Of a DNA stretch of 62,170 nt, positions 28,653 to 38,973 are shown in pieces. Each line of letters starts with the position of its first letter. Within the stretch, counting starts at the first letter, position 1. The stretch is from Candidatus Sericytochromatia bacterium (GTDB lineage Bacteria; Cyanobacteriota; Sericytochromatia; S15B-MN24; UBA4093), in contig JAKFCT010000094.1 in the NCBI GenBank assembly GCA_036676495.1, positions 1 to 62,170 of the forward strand, given 5' to 3'. The translations under genes were made by a program, and so were the position numbers. The notes beneath the pieces are model-generated. The model ran no database searches. It had not been told where the DNA came from and was given only the letters and a program-made list of their open reading frames with translations.

Positions 28653-28757
28653 CGCCTGCGGCTGTTGCGAAAGGCAGCGAGCGTTAGCGGTGAGCCAGAT
28701 AGCGAAGGCATGACAAGCATAGCTCGCTGACCTGAAGCAACGACGATCGCTCTGAGA
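28650..28757 (+). ncRNA. Unassigned structured RNA-like element, copy A (valS 3' region)
   Basis: Homologous to 39570-39677, with compensatory changes in a rod-like stem. Confidence 0.6.
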
Positions 28758-28771
28758 ATTACCCCTAACAA

Positions 28772-28815
28772 CCAAACAGCGAGGCCGGGAGCAAGCTCCC
28801 GGCCTCGCTGTTTGG
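28772..28815. terminator. Probable bidirectional terminator
   Basis: 21-bp perfect inverted repeat between convergent valS and MCP. Confidence 0.7.
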
Positions 28816-28836
28816 AATGACCGTGAAGGGTAAGGC

Positions 28837-30858
28837 TTAGCGGCCTGCAGCCAGCAGCCCGGAGGCCGGAACGCGCGCCTGAAGCTCCGGGGCCGCAGCG
28901 GCCCCATCCTTGAAGAAGGAGATGGCGTCCAGCAGCAGGTGCGCCTGGGATTGCAGATCCCGCGCGGCCTCGGAGACTGCCGCCGTGGCGTGGCTGGACT
29001 CCTGGGCCTGGCGATTGATGTTCTCGGCAGAAACCACGACCTGCTCGCAGCCCTTCTTTTGCTCGGTGGTGGCGAGGCTGACCTGCTGGGTGAGCACGTT
29101 CATGGATTCGACCGTCCGGATGATCTGCTCCGATCCGATGGCCTGCTCGCGGGTGGCCGAGCTCACCTGGTGGGTCAGCTGGTTCATGGTGCCCACGGCC
29201 TGCGAGATCTGGGCGGCGGCGCGGTTCTGCTCGCTGGTCGCGTGGGAAATCTGTCCCATGAGCTGGGTGACCTGCGAAACGGCTCCGACGATCTGGTTGA
29301 GGGTCTCCCCGGCGCTCTGGGCGAGCTGGGTCCCCTCGGCGATGGCGCTGCTACCCTGCTGGGTGCTGGTGATGGCCTGCTCGGACTCCTTCTGGATGCC
29401 CTTGATGAGAGTCGCGATCTCGCCGGTGGCCTTGGCGGAGCGCTCGGCGAGCTTGCGGACCTCGTCGGCGACCACCGCGAAGCCGCGGCCGTGCTCGCCG
29501 GCCCGCGCCGCCTCGATGGCCGCGTTGAGGGCCAAGAGGTTGGTCTGCTCGGCGATGTCGTCGATCACCGAGATGATCTCTCCGATCTCCTCGGAGGACT
29601 TGCCCAGCGCCTCGATGACGTGGACGACGTCGCCCATGACCCGGTTGATGCGGGTCATGCCCGAGATCGTCTGGTCCACCGCCATGCGGCCATCCTGGGC
29701 CACCTGCGCCGCGCGATCGGCAACGGAGTTGGCCTCCTGAACGTTGAGCGCGACCTGTTGCACCGAAGCCGCCATCTGCTCGATGGACGCCGAGGTCTGC
29801 GAAACGGCGGCCGAGAGGGTGTCCGCGCTGCCGGCCACCTGCTGGATGCTGGCTGCCATCTGCTCGATGCTGCTCGACGTCTCCTCGACGCCGGTGGCCA
29901 GGGACTGCACGTTGCCTGCCACTTGCTGCACCGAAGCGGCCATCTCCTCCATGGACGAGGAGGTCTCTTCGACCGCCGAGGCCTGGGCCTGCGAGGAGCG
30001 CGCCATCTGGCCCGAGGTCGCGCTGATCTGGTCGGCTCCCGTGGCGACCGAGTCGGCGACCTGGCGGACCTGGCCGATGGTGCCACGCAAGCGGGCAATC
30101 ATCTCCTGGAAGCTGTTGGCCATGTCCTCGAGCTCATCCCCCGTCGTGACGTGCAGCTGCTGATCCAGGTTGCCCTGGGCCAGCGCATCGGCGGCGCGCG
30201 AGACGATCCGCAGGCCGCGGGTGATGGAGGTCGTGAGGTAGGCGCCGATGGCGATCGCCACCACCACGGCGACCGCGATGGCCCCGACGATCAAGACGAT
30301 CGAGAACGAGAAGATGTCGCTGGCGCGCTTCTTCGCGCTCTCGGCGCTGGCCATGTTGTAGGCGACGAGGGCGTCGAACTGCTCCTTGAGCTTCAAGAAC
30401 AAGGGATAGGTCTCGTTCTCCACCATGGCGGCCGCTTCGGCCTTCCGGCCCGAACGGCTCAGGGCGAGCATCTGATCCAGGTTGGAGAGGTAGGCCGACT
30501 TGGCGCGCGTCAGGGTCTCCAGGCGGCTCTTCTCCTCGGGAGAGTCGACGATGCCCTCGTAACGGCTGAGGTTGCTTTCGAGGGTCGCGCGGAAGTCGCC
30601 CATGTTCTTCTCGACCGACGCGAAGCCGGCCGGGGCGTTCGTGATGTAGACGTGGCGCAGGGCGAGCCGCTGCAAGTCGCTCGTCGCGGGAGTCGCGTTG
30701 CCCAGGTAGGTGGTGGCGGTGAGCCAGTGATCGGTCAATTCCCGGCTGGTGGCATTCAGCTGGTTGAGCTGCTGGAGCGAGAACAAGCCCGCAAGCAGCG
30801 TGACCAACGCCAACGCCATGAATCCGCCAATCAGTTTCTTGCCGACGGTGAGTCTCAT
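28837..30858 (-). CDS. Methyl-accepting chemotaxis protein (4HB sensor, HAMP)
   Basis: Two TMs; [38 protein letters not shown]. Confidence 0.96.
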   Translation of the reverse strand: MRLTVGKKLIGGFMALALVTLLAGLFSLQQLNQLNATSRELTDHWLTATTYLGNATPATSDLQRLALRHVYITNAPAGFASVEKNMGDFRATLESNLSRYEGIVDSPEEKSRLETLTRAKSAYLSNLDQMLALSRSGRKAEAAAMVENETYPLFLKLKEQFDALVAYNMASAESAKKRASDIFSFSIVLIVGAIAVAVVVAIAIGAYLTTSITRGLRIVSRAADALAQGNLDQQLHVTTGDELEDMANSFQEMIARLRGTIGQVRQVADSVATGADQISATSGQMARSSQAQASAVEETSSSMEEMAASVQQVAGNVQSLATGVEETSSSIEQMAASIQQVAGSADTLSAAVSQTSASIEQMAASVQQVALNVQEANSVADRAAQVAQDGRMAVDQTISGMTRINRVMGDVVHVIEALGKSSEEIGEIISVIDDIAEQTNLLALNAAIEAARAGEHGRGFAVVADEVRKLAERSAKATGEIATLIKGIQKESEQAITSTQQGSSAIAEGTQLAQSAGETLNQIVGAVSQVTQLMGQISHATSEQNRAAAQISQAVGTMNQLTHQVSSATREQAIGSEQIIRTVESMNVLTQQVSLATTEQKKGCEQVVVSAENINRQAQESSHATAAVSEAARDLQSQAHLLLDAISFFKDGAAAAPELQARVPASGLLAAGR

Positions 30859-31039
30859 CGAACCTCCTCTTCTCGGGTCATTCCACGCCCGCGCGCCGCG
30901 CGCGATCCACGCGCCGCGACACCTGGCGGCGATTTTAAAGTATGCGCCAATAACGGCGCGACCTTGAAGAGGACATCCGAATCAAATACGTAGTTATTAC
31001 GGACTAATTTCTGCCTTGGGAGCGCCAAACCAGCTTCGG

Positions 31040-31056
31040 TGCAAGAAAAGCGCCAG
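31040..31056 (-). promoter_or_regulatory. Candidate sigma54 (-24/-12) promoter upstream of the MCP
   Basis: CTGGCGCTTTTCTTGCA on the minus strand matches TGGCRC-N5-TTGCW. Confidence 0.5.
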
Positions 31057-31239
31057 TTCCGTAGAAACCCCGCTTATAAGTAAATGACCATGCGCCTATC
31101 CTGATGTCAGCACATCAAGTCTCGTGGGCTTTTCCGGGGGACAGCGGCGACGTGAAGGCCATCACCCTTGCGTTCCAACCTGCCGACCAGCGCCAGGAGA
31201 CGCGGTTTCGCGCGATGCGTCGCGCCAGAGGGGATCCCA

Positions 31240-31851
31240 ATGCTGCCGAATTTGACCATGCCGACCGTGCTGGTGACCGAAGATGATCCGGACTTTCGCA
31301 TCCTGCTGAGCGACTGGCTCGTGGCCTCGGGCTACCACGTCCACACGGCCGCCAACGGCAGCGAAGCCCTCGCCATCGTCAAGCAGCACCCCGTGGACGT
31401 GGTGATCACGGACCTCAAGATGCCCGGCCTCAGCGGACTCGACCTCCTGGCCATCCTCAAGCAAATCGAGCCGGAACTCGCCGTCCTTTTCCTCTCGGGA
31501 CAGGCCAACATGCAGGAAGCCATCGAGGCCCTGCGCGAAGGGCGCGCCTTCGACTTCCTGCTCAAACCGCTGGAAAGCCTCGGACAGCTCAACCTCGCCA
31601 TCGAGAAGGCCATGCTGAAGAAGCAGCAGCCTTCCACGCGCCAAACCGGCGACATGGGCTCGCCACTGAGCAGCCGCGAACGCCAGATCATCGCCCTGGT
31701 CGCCGAAGGCTGCGAGAACCGCGAAATCGGCGAGCGGCTCTGCATCAGCGAGAACACCGTCAAGAACCACCTCGCCCGGATCTACGAGAAACTCAAGGTC
31801 TCCAACCGGGTGCAGGCCGCCTTGAGCTGCGAGCGGATGGGCTGGCTCTGA
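31240..31851 (+). CDS. Response regulator, REC + LuxR HTH
   Basis: ITDLKMPG; LSSRERQI..ISENTVKNHLARIYEKL. Confidence 0.93.
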   Translation: MLPNLTMPTVLVTEDDPDFRILLSDWLVASGYHVHTAANGSEALAIVKQHPVDVVITDLKMPGLSGLDLLAILKQIEPELAVLFLSGQANMQEAIEALREGRAFDFLLKPLESLGQLNLAIEKAMLKKQQPSTRQTGDMGSPLSSRERQIIALVAEGCENREIGERLCISENTVKNHLARIYEKLKVSNRVQAALSCERMGWL

Positions 31852-31897
31852 AACCGCCTCAGGAACACCGTTTCAAGCCCCCGATCCCGCCGAGAGT

Positions 31898-31927
31898 TTG
31901 ACGTAACGCCTTTCTGACTGGTATCAT
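31898..31927 (+). promoter_or_regulatory. Sigma70-type promoter of the speD-speE-speB operon
   Basis: TTGACG-N18-TATCAT with extended -10 TG. Confidence 0.55.
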
Positions 31928-31997
31928 CGTAGTTCCGCCCGCACCAGGGCGGCTTTGCTTTCATCCCCCTCGCATTTCGAGATGGAGGCTGCGCGCA

Positions 31998-32432
31998 TTG
32001 ACTGCTACGCTTTCCCAGACCCTTTCCCCGCAAGCCCCGGCGACGTCCGCGCCCATGTACCTGGGCCGCCAGATCCTCGCCGAGTACTACGGCTGTGACT
32101 CCGACGTCCTCCACGACAACCGCCGCATCGAGGAGCTCATGCTCGAGGCCGCGCGGCAAGCGAACATGACGATCGTCGAGAGCGTCTTCCACCACTTCAA
32201 TCCCTATGGCGTCAGCGGAGCCGTGATCATCTCCGAGTCCCATATCACCATTCACACCTGGCCGGAGTACCGTTACGCGGCGGTCGATCTCTTCACCTGC
32301 GGCGAAGAGGGAGATCCCCAGGCCGCCTTCGGCTACTTGCTCGAAGGCCTTGGCGCCAGCCACCACTCGGTCTCCGAGATGAAGCGCGGCTACCTTCCGG
32401 TGCTTCAACGCGAAGCAATGCTCGGCAGCTAG
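31998..32432 (+). CDS. speD: S-adenosylmethionine decarboxylase proenzyme
   Basis: [21 protein letters not shown] (self-cleavage site), DLFTCG; TTG start after GGAGG. Confidence 0.93.
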   Translation: MTATLSQTLSPQAPATSAPMYLGRQILAEYYGCDSDVLHDNRRIEELMLEAARQANMTIVESVFHHFNPYGVSGAVIISESHITIHTWPEYRYAAVDLFTCGEEGDPQAAFGYLLEGLGASHHSVSEMKRGYLPVLQREAMLGS

Positions 32433-32443
32433 CAGGAGGAACG

Positions 32444-33316
32444 ATGGACCTCTGGTTTACCGAGACGACTGGCGACGCCGGCCTGACCCTCAAGGTGAAG
32501 GAGACCCTCTTCCGGGGTCAATCCGAGTTCCAGGAAGTCGCCATCCTGGACACCTACGATTACGGCCGCATGCTCACGCTCGACGGGCTGGTCATGACCA
32601 CCGAGCGTGACGAATACGTCTACCACGAGATGATCGCGCACGTCCCCATGAACGCCCACCCGGCCCCGCGGCGGGTCCTGGTGGTCGGCGGCGGCGACGG
32701 CGGGACGGTCCGCGAGGTGCTGCGCCACCCGGAGGTCCAGCAGGTCGACCTCTGCGAGATCGACGCCATGGTCATCGAGCAATCGCGCATCTGGCTGCCG
32801 AGCATCGCGGGCGCCCTCGACGATCCGCGCGTCACCATCCACGTCCGGGACGCCATCGCCTTCGTCGCGGAAAAGACCCAGGCCTACGACGTCATCCTGA
32901 TCGACTCCACCGATCCGATCGGCCCCGGCGAAGGCCTCTTCACCGAGGCGTTCTACCGGGACTGCCTGCGCGCCCTCGCGACCGACGGCATCCTCGCCGC
33001 GCAGACCGAAAGCCCCTTCGCCATGCCCGCGGAGTTCACGCGGGCCTACTCCAAGCTCTTCAAGGTCTTCCCGAGCGTCTCCTGCTACTACGGAGCCATC
33101 CCGACCTATCCCGGCAACTTCTGGACCTGGTCGTTCTGCTCCAAGCAGCACGACCCCTTCACGCAGCTTGAGACCAAGGACCTGAGCGCCCTGGAAGAAA
33201 CCTGCCGCTACTACAACCGGGAGCTGCACCGGGGCGCGTTCGCCCTTCCCAGCTTCGCCCGGCGGATGCTCGACGCGATCAGGCAAGGCACCGATGCTCC
33301 CCCGTCCCTCGCTTAG
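32444..33316 (+). CDS. speE: Spermidine synthase
   Basis: YHEMIAH, VLVVGGGDGG, CEID, DSTDP. Confidence 0.95.
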   Translation: MDLWFTETTGDAGLTLKVKETLFRGQSEFQEVAILDTYDYGRMLTLDGLVMTTERDEYVYHEMIAHVPMNAHPAPRRVLVVGGGDGGTVREVLRHPEVQQVDLCEIDAMVIEQSRIWLPSIAGALDDPRVTIHVRDAIAFVAEKTQAYDVILIDSTDPIGPGEGLFTEAFYRDCLRALATDGILAAQTESPFAMPAEFTRAYSKLFKVFPSVSCYYGAIPTYPGNFWTWSFCSKQHDPFTQLETKDLSALEETCRYYNRELHRGAFALPSFARRMLDAIRQGTDAPPSLA

Positions 33317-34220
33317 CCGATACCTGGCCTCGCTCGAAGCGACCGGGGTCGGAACGACCGAGGCCGAAACGACCGAGGCCGACACCGTCATGGTCGGCCT
33401 GCCCTTCGACGGCACGTGCTCGTTCCGACCCGGCGCGCGCTTCGGCCCCGCGGCCCTGCGTGACGTCTCCTTCGGCATCGAGACCTACTCCCCTTACCTG
33501 GATCGCGACCTCGAGGACATCCGCTTCGCGGACCTCGGCGACCTCGACCTCCCCATCGGGAACCGCGAGAAGGTCCTGGCCGAGATCGAAGCCTTCGCCC
33601 GCGCCCACTCCGACCGCAAGATCCTGGGCATCGGCGGCGAACACCTGGTCTCGTACCCGTTGATGAAGGTCATGGCCGAGCGCCACCCCGATCTCCAGAT
33701 CGTCCAGTTCGACGCCCACTGCGATCTGCGCGAGGACTACCTGGGAGAGGTCTACTCGCACGCGACCGTCATGCGCCTGATCGCCAACCACGTCGGCCCC
33801 TCCAACCTCCACCAGCTGGGCATCCGCTCGGGAACCCGCGAGGAGTTCCAGTACGCGCGCCAGCACGGCACGCTCGTCCCGGCGCGCCAAGCGGACGTGG
33901 AAGCCCTGCGGCCCCGGCTCGAAGGCAAGCCCGTCTACCTCACCATCGACCTGGACGTGCTGGATCCCTCGATCTTCCCGGGAACGGGCACTCCCGAGCC
34001 CGGCGGCATCACCTTCGACGTCTTGATGGCGCTCTTGAAGCGGCTCGACGGCCTCAACCTGGTGGGCGCCGACCTGGTGGAACTCTCCCCGCACTACGAC
34101 GCCAGCGGAGTCTCCAGCCTCGTCGCCGCCAAGGTCGCCCGCGAGGTCCTCTTGATGATGAGCCCCCTTCGCGGCCCCGCAGGCACTGCCGAGCGGCTCT
34201 CCGAGGTCTCCCGGGCCTAG
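33294..34220 (+). CDS. speB: Agmatinase
   Basis: GGEH, FDAHCD, DLDVLDP..PGTGTPEPGG; in the polyamine operon. Confidence 0.93.
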   Translation: MLPRPSLSRYLASLEATGVGTTEAETTEADTVMVGLPFDGTCSFRPGARFGPAALRDVSFGIETYSPYLDRDLEDIRFADLGDLDLPIGNREKVLAEIEAFARAHSDRKILGIGGEHLVSYPLMKVMAERHPDLQIVQFDAHCDLREDYLGEVYSHATVMRLIANHVGPSNLHQLGIRSGTREEFQYARQHGTLVPARQADVEALRPRLEGKPVYLTIDLDVLDPSIFPGTGTPEPGGITFDVLMALLKRLDGLNLVGADLVELSPHYDASGVSSLVAAKVAREVLLMMSPLRGPAGTAERLSEVSRA

Positions 34221-34673
34221 CTACCCGCCGCGGGCCATGGCGCTCGCGGCCAGCACCATCCCTACCAATAGCCCCACCTGAACCTCGCTGATACTCCCGA
34301 AGAGCCGGGCGCGATCCGTCGCAAACGGCTTGCCCTGGGCCTGGCGCACGCGCCAGGTGATCAGCGCCAGCATCGGCCATAGCTCGAGGACCCCGATCGC
34401 GGCGAAGAGCCCCATCTTGACGTCGAAGGCGGTGCTTGCCAGGTAGTGGGCCGTCCCCTTCTCCAGTCCTCCGAACGCCCGCCACAGGCCCGTACCGACC
34501 CAGAGCAACGCGGCCAGGCCCCAGAGGTTGTCGGCCAGAAAGACGCGCTTCAAGCCGGAGCCGTCGAGCTCTCCGCGCAAGGCTCTCCCCCGCGCCCAAA
34601 GCGCCCCGAGCCCCATCCCGAGGGCCAAGAGATGGGACGCCGCGACCAACCAACGCACGAGGTGGAGTTCCAT
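34221..34673 (-). CDS. DUF2214 family membrane protein
   Basis: ADNLWG..TGLWR..EKG..YL..KMGLF; four TMs. Confidence 0.8.
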   Translation of the reverse strand: MELHLVRWLVAASHLLALGMGLGALWARGRALRGELDGSGLKRVFLADNLWGLAALLWVGTGLWRAFGGLEKGTAHYLASTAFDVKMGLFAAIGVLELWPMLALITWRVRQAQGKPFATDRARLFGSISEVQVGLLVGMVLAASAMARGG

Positions 34674-34694
34674 GTGCCGCTCCTTTCCGTATAA

Positions 34695-34735
34695 TGGATA
34701 GTAGCGCTATCCAACATCGGATAGTAAAGCTATCC
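34695..34735. promoter_or_regulatory. Tandem palindromic operators GGATAG-N5-CTATCC
   Basis: tggatag-tagcg-ctatcca (34695-34713) and ggatag-taaag-ctatcc (34719-34735), between divergent DUF2214 and MerR genes. Confidence 0.7.
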
Positions 34736-34754
34736 ATCCAAAGGAGTCAAGCCC

Positions 34755-35450
34755 ATGAAAGTCTCCGAGCTGAGCCAGCGTTCCGGCACTCCGGTGGCAA
34801 CCCTTAAGTACTACCTGCGCGAGGGGCTCTTGCCGCCGGGCGAGCGAACGGCCTCCAACCAGGCGAGCTACACGGAGAGCCATCTGCGGCGGCTGCGGCT
34901 GATCCGCATCCTTCAAGACGTCGGCGGCCTCAGCCTCGGCGCGATTCACGAGGTGACCCGCCTGCTCGACGAGCCGGAAGTCGAGACCATGACGGCCCTG
35001 GGAGCGGCGCTGGACGCGCAAGGCAAGCGGCCTCCGGAACGGGAAGCGCGAGAGGCCTCACCCGATTGGCATGCAGCCGCTCGAGAGGTCGATGCCTTCC
35101 TGGAACAGGTGGGCTGGCCCACGCGGAGCGAGTCGACCGCCCGAAAGCGCCTGGTCGACGCCCTCGTCGCCTTGCGCGAAACCACTCCGGACCTGCCGGT
35201 CACGGCCTTCTTCCCCTACGTGCGCGCCGCCGGAGAGATTGCCCAGGGCGAGGTCGCCCACGTCATGGGCGCGCTGGAGGCGGGGCCCGCGGAAGCCGTC
35301 GAGGCGGTGGTCATGGGGACGGTCCTCTGGGAGCCGGTCTTCACGTCGCTGCGGCGCATCGCGCACGAGCAGCTCAGCCGCCGCGTCCTGCGCTCAGCCC
35401 AGCCCCAGCACCCACGCCCAAAGGGGCAGGGTCAAGACGCTCAGCAATAG
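34755..35450 (+). CDS. MerR family transcriptional regulator
   Basis: MKVSELSQRSG..TLKYYLREGLLPPG..Y..HLRRLRLIR. Confidence 0.9.
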   Translation: MKVSELSQRSGTPVATLKYYLREGLLPPGERTASNQASYTESHLRRLRLIRILQDVGGLSLGAIHEVTRLLDEPEVETMTALGAALDAQGKRPPEREAREASPDWHAAAREVDAFLEQVGWPTRSESTARKRLVDALVALRETTPDLPVTAFFPYVRAAGEIAQGEVAHVMGALEAGPAEAVEAVVMGTVLWEPVFTSLRRIAHEQLSRRVLRSAQPQHPRPKGQGQDAQQ

Positions 35451-36314
35451 GCTCAGGGCGACGGCGTCGACCACCAGCTTGGAGTCCAGGCGGTAGGCGA
35501 TCGCCATGCTCACGCACGAGAGCGCGCTCGGCATCGCCGACTGCAGCACGGCCACCTGGAAGTCGACGCGCGGCATCGCCAGCAGCGGATAGATGACGAG
35601 GCCCAAGAGCGGCATGGCCACGAGCTTGTAGGCGCTCACGCCCAGGGCGGCCGGCAGGGTCTCCTTGACGCTCTCGACGGTGAGCGTCGCCCCCAGCCCC
35701 ACGAGGAAGAGGGGCGTCGTGGTCGCCCCGAGCCAAGCCAGCCCCGTGACGAGGAGGTCGGGCAAGGGCACGCCCTTGAGCAGGAAGCCGATGAGCAGAC
35801 CCCAAAGGGGAGGGAAGGCGAGCACGCGCATGACGAGCGCCCGGGCGGAAGCCGTCGCGCCTCCGCCGCCCCACTGGGCGATCGCCACCGCGATGGTGGC
35901 GAAGAAGATCCCGTTGGCGAGCTGATCATAGAAGATCGCCCGCAGCAGGCCCGGATCCCCCAGCAAGGCGCTCACCGCAGGGTAGCCCACGAACGTGACG
36001 TTCCCAAGGACTGCCGGAAGGAAGAGCGACGCTCCCATGCGCGGGGAGAGCTTGAACGCCTTGAAGAGGGCAAGGGCGATCAGACAGCTGAGCAGCAAGG
36101 AAATCCAGCTTGCGGCCGGCAGCCAGAGGAGCTGAAGCTCGAGGGGCGGGGAACGGTGAAGGCCCGCGATCGTCAACGCCGGAAGCGAGACGTTGAGGGC
36201 CGTCCAGCTGATCGCCCGCACCCTTTCCGGCGTGAGGAGACCGAGACGCCTCGAGAGATGGCCCAGCGCGGCGAAGGCGAAGAGGATGGCGAAGACGGGA
36301 AGCAGCGCAAGCAT
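35394..36314 (-). CDS. AEC (auxin efflux carrier) family transporter
   Basis: About 10 TMs; GNVTFVGYP, YKLVAMP, SAMPSA. Confidence 0.88.
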   Translation of the reverse strand: MLALLPVFAILFAFAALGHLSRRLGLLTPERVRAISWTALNVSLPALTIAGLHRSPPLELQLLWLPAASWISLLLSCLIALALFKAFKLSPRMGASLFLPAVLGNVTFVGYPAVSALLGDPGLLRAIFYDQLANGIFFATIAVAIAQWGGGGATASARALVMRVLAFPPLWGLLIGFLLKGVPLPDLLVTGLAWLGATTTPLFLVGLGATLTVESVKETLPAALGVSAYKLVAMPLLGLVIYPLLAMPRVDFQVAVLQSAMPSALSCVSMAIAYRLDSKLVVDAVALSLLLSVLTLPLWAWVLGLG

Positions 36315-36328
36315 GGAGACCTCGGGCC

Positions 36329-37228
36329 CTACTCCCGTTTGGCGCGCGTGACCACGAAGACGATGTCCGCCAGGCCCGCCGGAGGCGGATCCATGGCGGC
36401 CTCGCGCGGCAGGACCGTGGCGAGGCCTTGGCGCAAGCCCGGATCGCGGCGCCGAAGCTGCGCGGGGACACCCAGGCCCTCGTCCGAGTGAAAGGCTCCG
36501 TTGACGTGAAGGACCAGGGGAGTAGGTCCCGCCCCCTCGAAACGCTGGGCGATCGCCTCGGCCATGGTGGCGTCCTTGAGGCACTGGGCCAGGTACATCC
36601 GCGCGATCTCGGCTTCCCCGACACCGGGATGGCTGCCCATCATCTCCTGGAAGCGCTCCCAGAGGCGATCCCGGGGAGCCTCCACCTCGGAGGCGGCCCA
36701 GCGGCGCTCTTCGAGCGGCAGGGTGTCCAGGGCATCGAGGCCTTGCTTGGCGACCGCGGAGGCGATGCGGCGCGGGACGTTGGAGGCGAGGACCGGGAGG
36801 CCATGGGCCTTGGCGTACTCGACGAGGGGACGGTAGTCCGTGGCGTAGTTCGGCCAGGGGCGGGAACGGGCGAGGAAGTCGGCCTCGGAGATCGTGCCGT
36901 TCAGGTAGGCGTCGAGGACCGGCTGGACGTCACGTTCGAACATCTCGAGCGAGAGGACGAGGGGCTTGCCGGAGGCCTGGTGCAGGGCCTCGAGCATGGC
37001 GCGCTCCAGGCGGTGGGTGGCCGGATCGTCGTGCTGCTCTCCGAGGAAAACGACGTCTGCGAGGCTGAGCTGGCGGACGGCGTCGTCCCAGGTGAGTTGG
37101 CGATCGCCCGCATGGGCGGCGATCAAGCCGGTCGGAGGCTCGGCGGCCCAAGCGACCGGAGCGCTCAAGGCGAGCAGGAGGCCGAGGATCGCGGCGAGCC
37201 GCCTAGTGCCCGGTCTTGCGGATGGCAT
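36329..37228 (-). CDS. ChaN family (haem-uptake-like) exported protein
   Basis: GEQHDD, LEMFERDVQ, WPNYATDYRPL, QCLKDATMA, NGAFHS. Confidence 0.85.
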   Translation of the reverse strand: MPSARPGTRRLAAILGLLLALSAPVAWAAEPPTGLIAAHAGDRQLTWDDAVRQLSLADVVFLGEQHDDPATHRLERAMLEALHQASGKPLVLSLEMFERDVQPVLDAYLNGTISEADFLARSRPWPNYATDYRPLVEYAKAHGLPVLASNVPRRIASAVAKQGLDALDTLPLEERRWAASEVEAPRDRLWERFQEMMGSHPGVGEAEIARMYLAQCLKDATMAEAIAQRFEGAGPTPLVLHVNGAFHSDEGLGVPAQLRRRDPGLRQGLATVLPREAAMDPPPAGLADIVFVVTRAKRE

Positions 37229-38882
37229 GGTTTCGCAACGCCTTGCTGCCCTGCTTCGCTGGCTGGGCGGCCTTGGCGTCCTTCGTCTGAAGCGGCAAGG
37301 TGAACCAGAAGGTCGAGCCCTGGTTCACGTCGCTGCGGGCGCCGATCTGGCCCCCATGCCGTTGGATGATTTCCTTGCAGATGTAGAGCCCCAGTCCCGA
37401 GCCGGCCGTCTGGTTCTCGTTGACCCGGTAGAAGCGGTCGAAGACGTGGGGCAGGGCGTCCTGGGGGATGCCGATCCCCTGGTCGTGAACCTCCACCTGC
37501 CAGGAATCGTCGAGGCGCTGGGCGTTCAGGGAGATGGTGCCGCCTTCGGGGGAGTACTTGACCGCATTGGAGATGAAGTTGACGAGGACCTGGGAGAGGC
37601 GGTCGGGGTCGGCGTGGACCATGGCGCGGGAGGGCTCGACCTTGAGCTCGAAGCGATGCGTGCTCTTGTGGCGCATCTCGAAGGGCTTGAGGCAGCCCTT
37701 GATGAGGGCGTCCATGCGGAAGCGCTTGAGGTCCAGGCTGAGGCGGTTGGACTGGATCTTGCTCAGGTCGAGCATGTCGTTGATGAGGCGGCCGAGGCGC
37801 CCGGTTTCGGAGTGGATCAGCTCCAGGAGGGGAAGCTGCTCCATGCGCTCCATGGGGCGGGTGATCATCATCTCCAGGAAGCCGGAGATGGTGGTGATGG
37901 GGGTTTTGAGCTCGTGGCTGACGGTAGCGATGAACTCGTCCTTCATGCGGTCGATCTGGGCTTCGATGGTGACGTCGCGGACAGAGAGGACGCCGCCGGT
38001 GATGCGGCCGGAGGCCTCGACGATGGTGGTGAAGTTGATCGAGACGGGGATCTCGCGATCGCCCTGCTGGACGGTGGCGGGGCAGCGGGCGGTGAAGGGC
38101 TTGCCCTCGCGCAAGGCGCGGTTGAAGTCCGCGAAGAGGTCGGCGTGGCGATCGCTGGTCTTGAGGAGGTCGTCCCAGTAGAGGGTGTAGAACTCGGCGT
38201 CGGGAAGGCCGCAGAGGTTGCGGAAGGCGTCGTTGAAGCTGACGATCAGGCCCCAGGAATCGACCTTGAGGAGGCCGTCCACCATGCTGGAGACGATGGC
38301 CTCCAGCTCCGCCCGGCGGGCCGCGTTGGAGCGGGCGTACTCGAGGTTTTCGAGGTGGATGGCCATCGGCAGGGCGACGATGCCCAAGAGCGGGGTGTCT
38401 TCGTAGGTGAAGGGGCCGTTTCGCTCACTCCGGAAGAAGCACATGCCGCCGATGAGGCGGCCGTCGCTGACGAGGGGCACTCCCACCATGCTCATGGCGT
38501 CCTCGCTGGCTCTCGAGGGGGCATTCTTGGAGCGGTCGCCGGGCCGCCGGGCCTCGGGGCGAATCGTGCGGGTGATGGTGGGGCGCTGCTCGCGGAAGAT
38601 CTCGTTGTAGAACTCATGGAGCTGCTCCTGATCCATGGTCTCCTCATGGAACGAGGCTCCGGACTCGGCGAGGAGGCGGAGGTTGGAGAGGTCGGACGCG
38701 GACAGGAGGAAGCCTCCGTCGGCCTCGAGGAACTCCGCGAGCTCGCCGAGGACCTGGGAGAGGGCGCCCTCGAGGTCGCCGCGCTGACCGAGCTTCGCGA
38801 AGAGCCCGTGCAGGAGGCCGATGAGGCGGATCGCGCTCATCGTGGCGACGGAAGGAGGGGTATCCGGGGACGTGGGAAGCAT
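37203..38882 (-). CDS. Sensor histidine kinase (GAF-PAS-HisKA-HATPase)
   Basis: VSHELKTP, NAVKYS, DQGIGI, GSGLGL. Confidence 0.92.
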   Translation of the reverse strand: MLPTSPDTPPSVATMSAIRLIGLLHGLFAKLGQRGDLEGALSQVLGELAEFLEADGGFLLSASDLSNLRLLAESGASFHEETMDQEQLHEFYNEIFREQRPTITRTIRPEARRPGDRSKNAPSRASEDAMSMVGVPLVSDGRLIGGMCFFRSERNGPFTYEDTPLLGIVALPMAIHLENLEYARSNAARRAELEAIVSSMVDGLLKVDSWGLIVSFNDAFRNLCGLPDAEFYTLYWDDLLKTSDRHADLFADFNRALREGKPFTARCPATVQQGDREIPVSINFTTIVEASGRITGGVLSVRDVTIEAQIDRMKDEFIATVSHELKTPITTISGFLEMMITRPMERMEQLPLLELIHSETGRLGRLINDMLDLSKIQSNRLSLDLKRFRMDALIKGCLKPFEMRHKSTHRFELKVEPSRAMVHADPDRLSQVLVNFISNAVKYSPEGGTISLNAQRLDDSWQVEVHDQGIGIPQDALPHVFDRFYRVNENQTAGSGLGLYICKEIIQRHGGQIGARSDVNQGSTFWFTLPLQTKDAKAAQPAKQGSKALRNHAIRKTGH

Positions 38883-38973
38883 GCGACCTCGCCTGCGATT
38901 CAGACCGCCGAAGACGGCTGTCAGGAAGCCGTTAAAAGGGTATAGGATCCATGTATACCACAGGAAAGGAGGG

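Noticed and set aside
28650-28730. Open in-frame extension after the valS TAG (possible readthrough)
   Set aside because: ValS is already full length; the homologous copy B has in-frame stops and a 1-nt length difference, and its substitutions fit base pairing rather than coding
28762-28830. ccctaac + long inverted repeat considered as an integron attC site
   Set aside because: No matching GTTRRRY end, no extrahelical bases, no integrase; better explained as a bidirectional terminator
29700-30010. Internal repeats in the MCP
   Set aside because: Normal heptad/methylation-helix repetition in chemoreceptors
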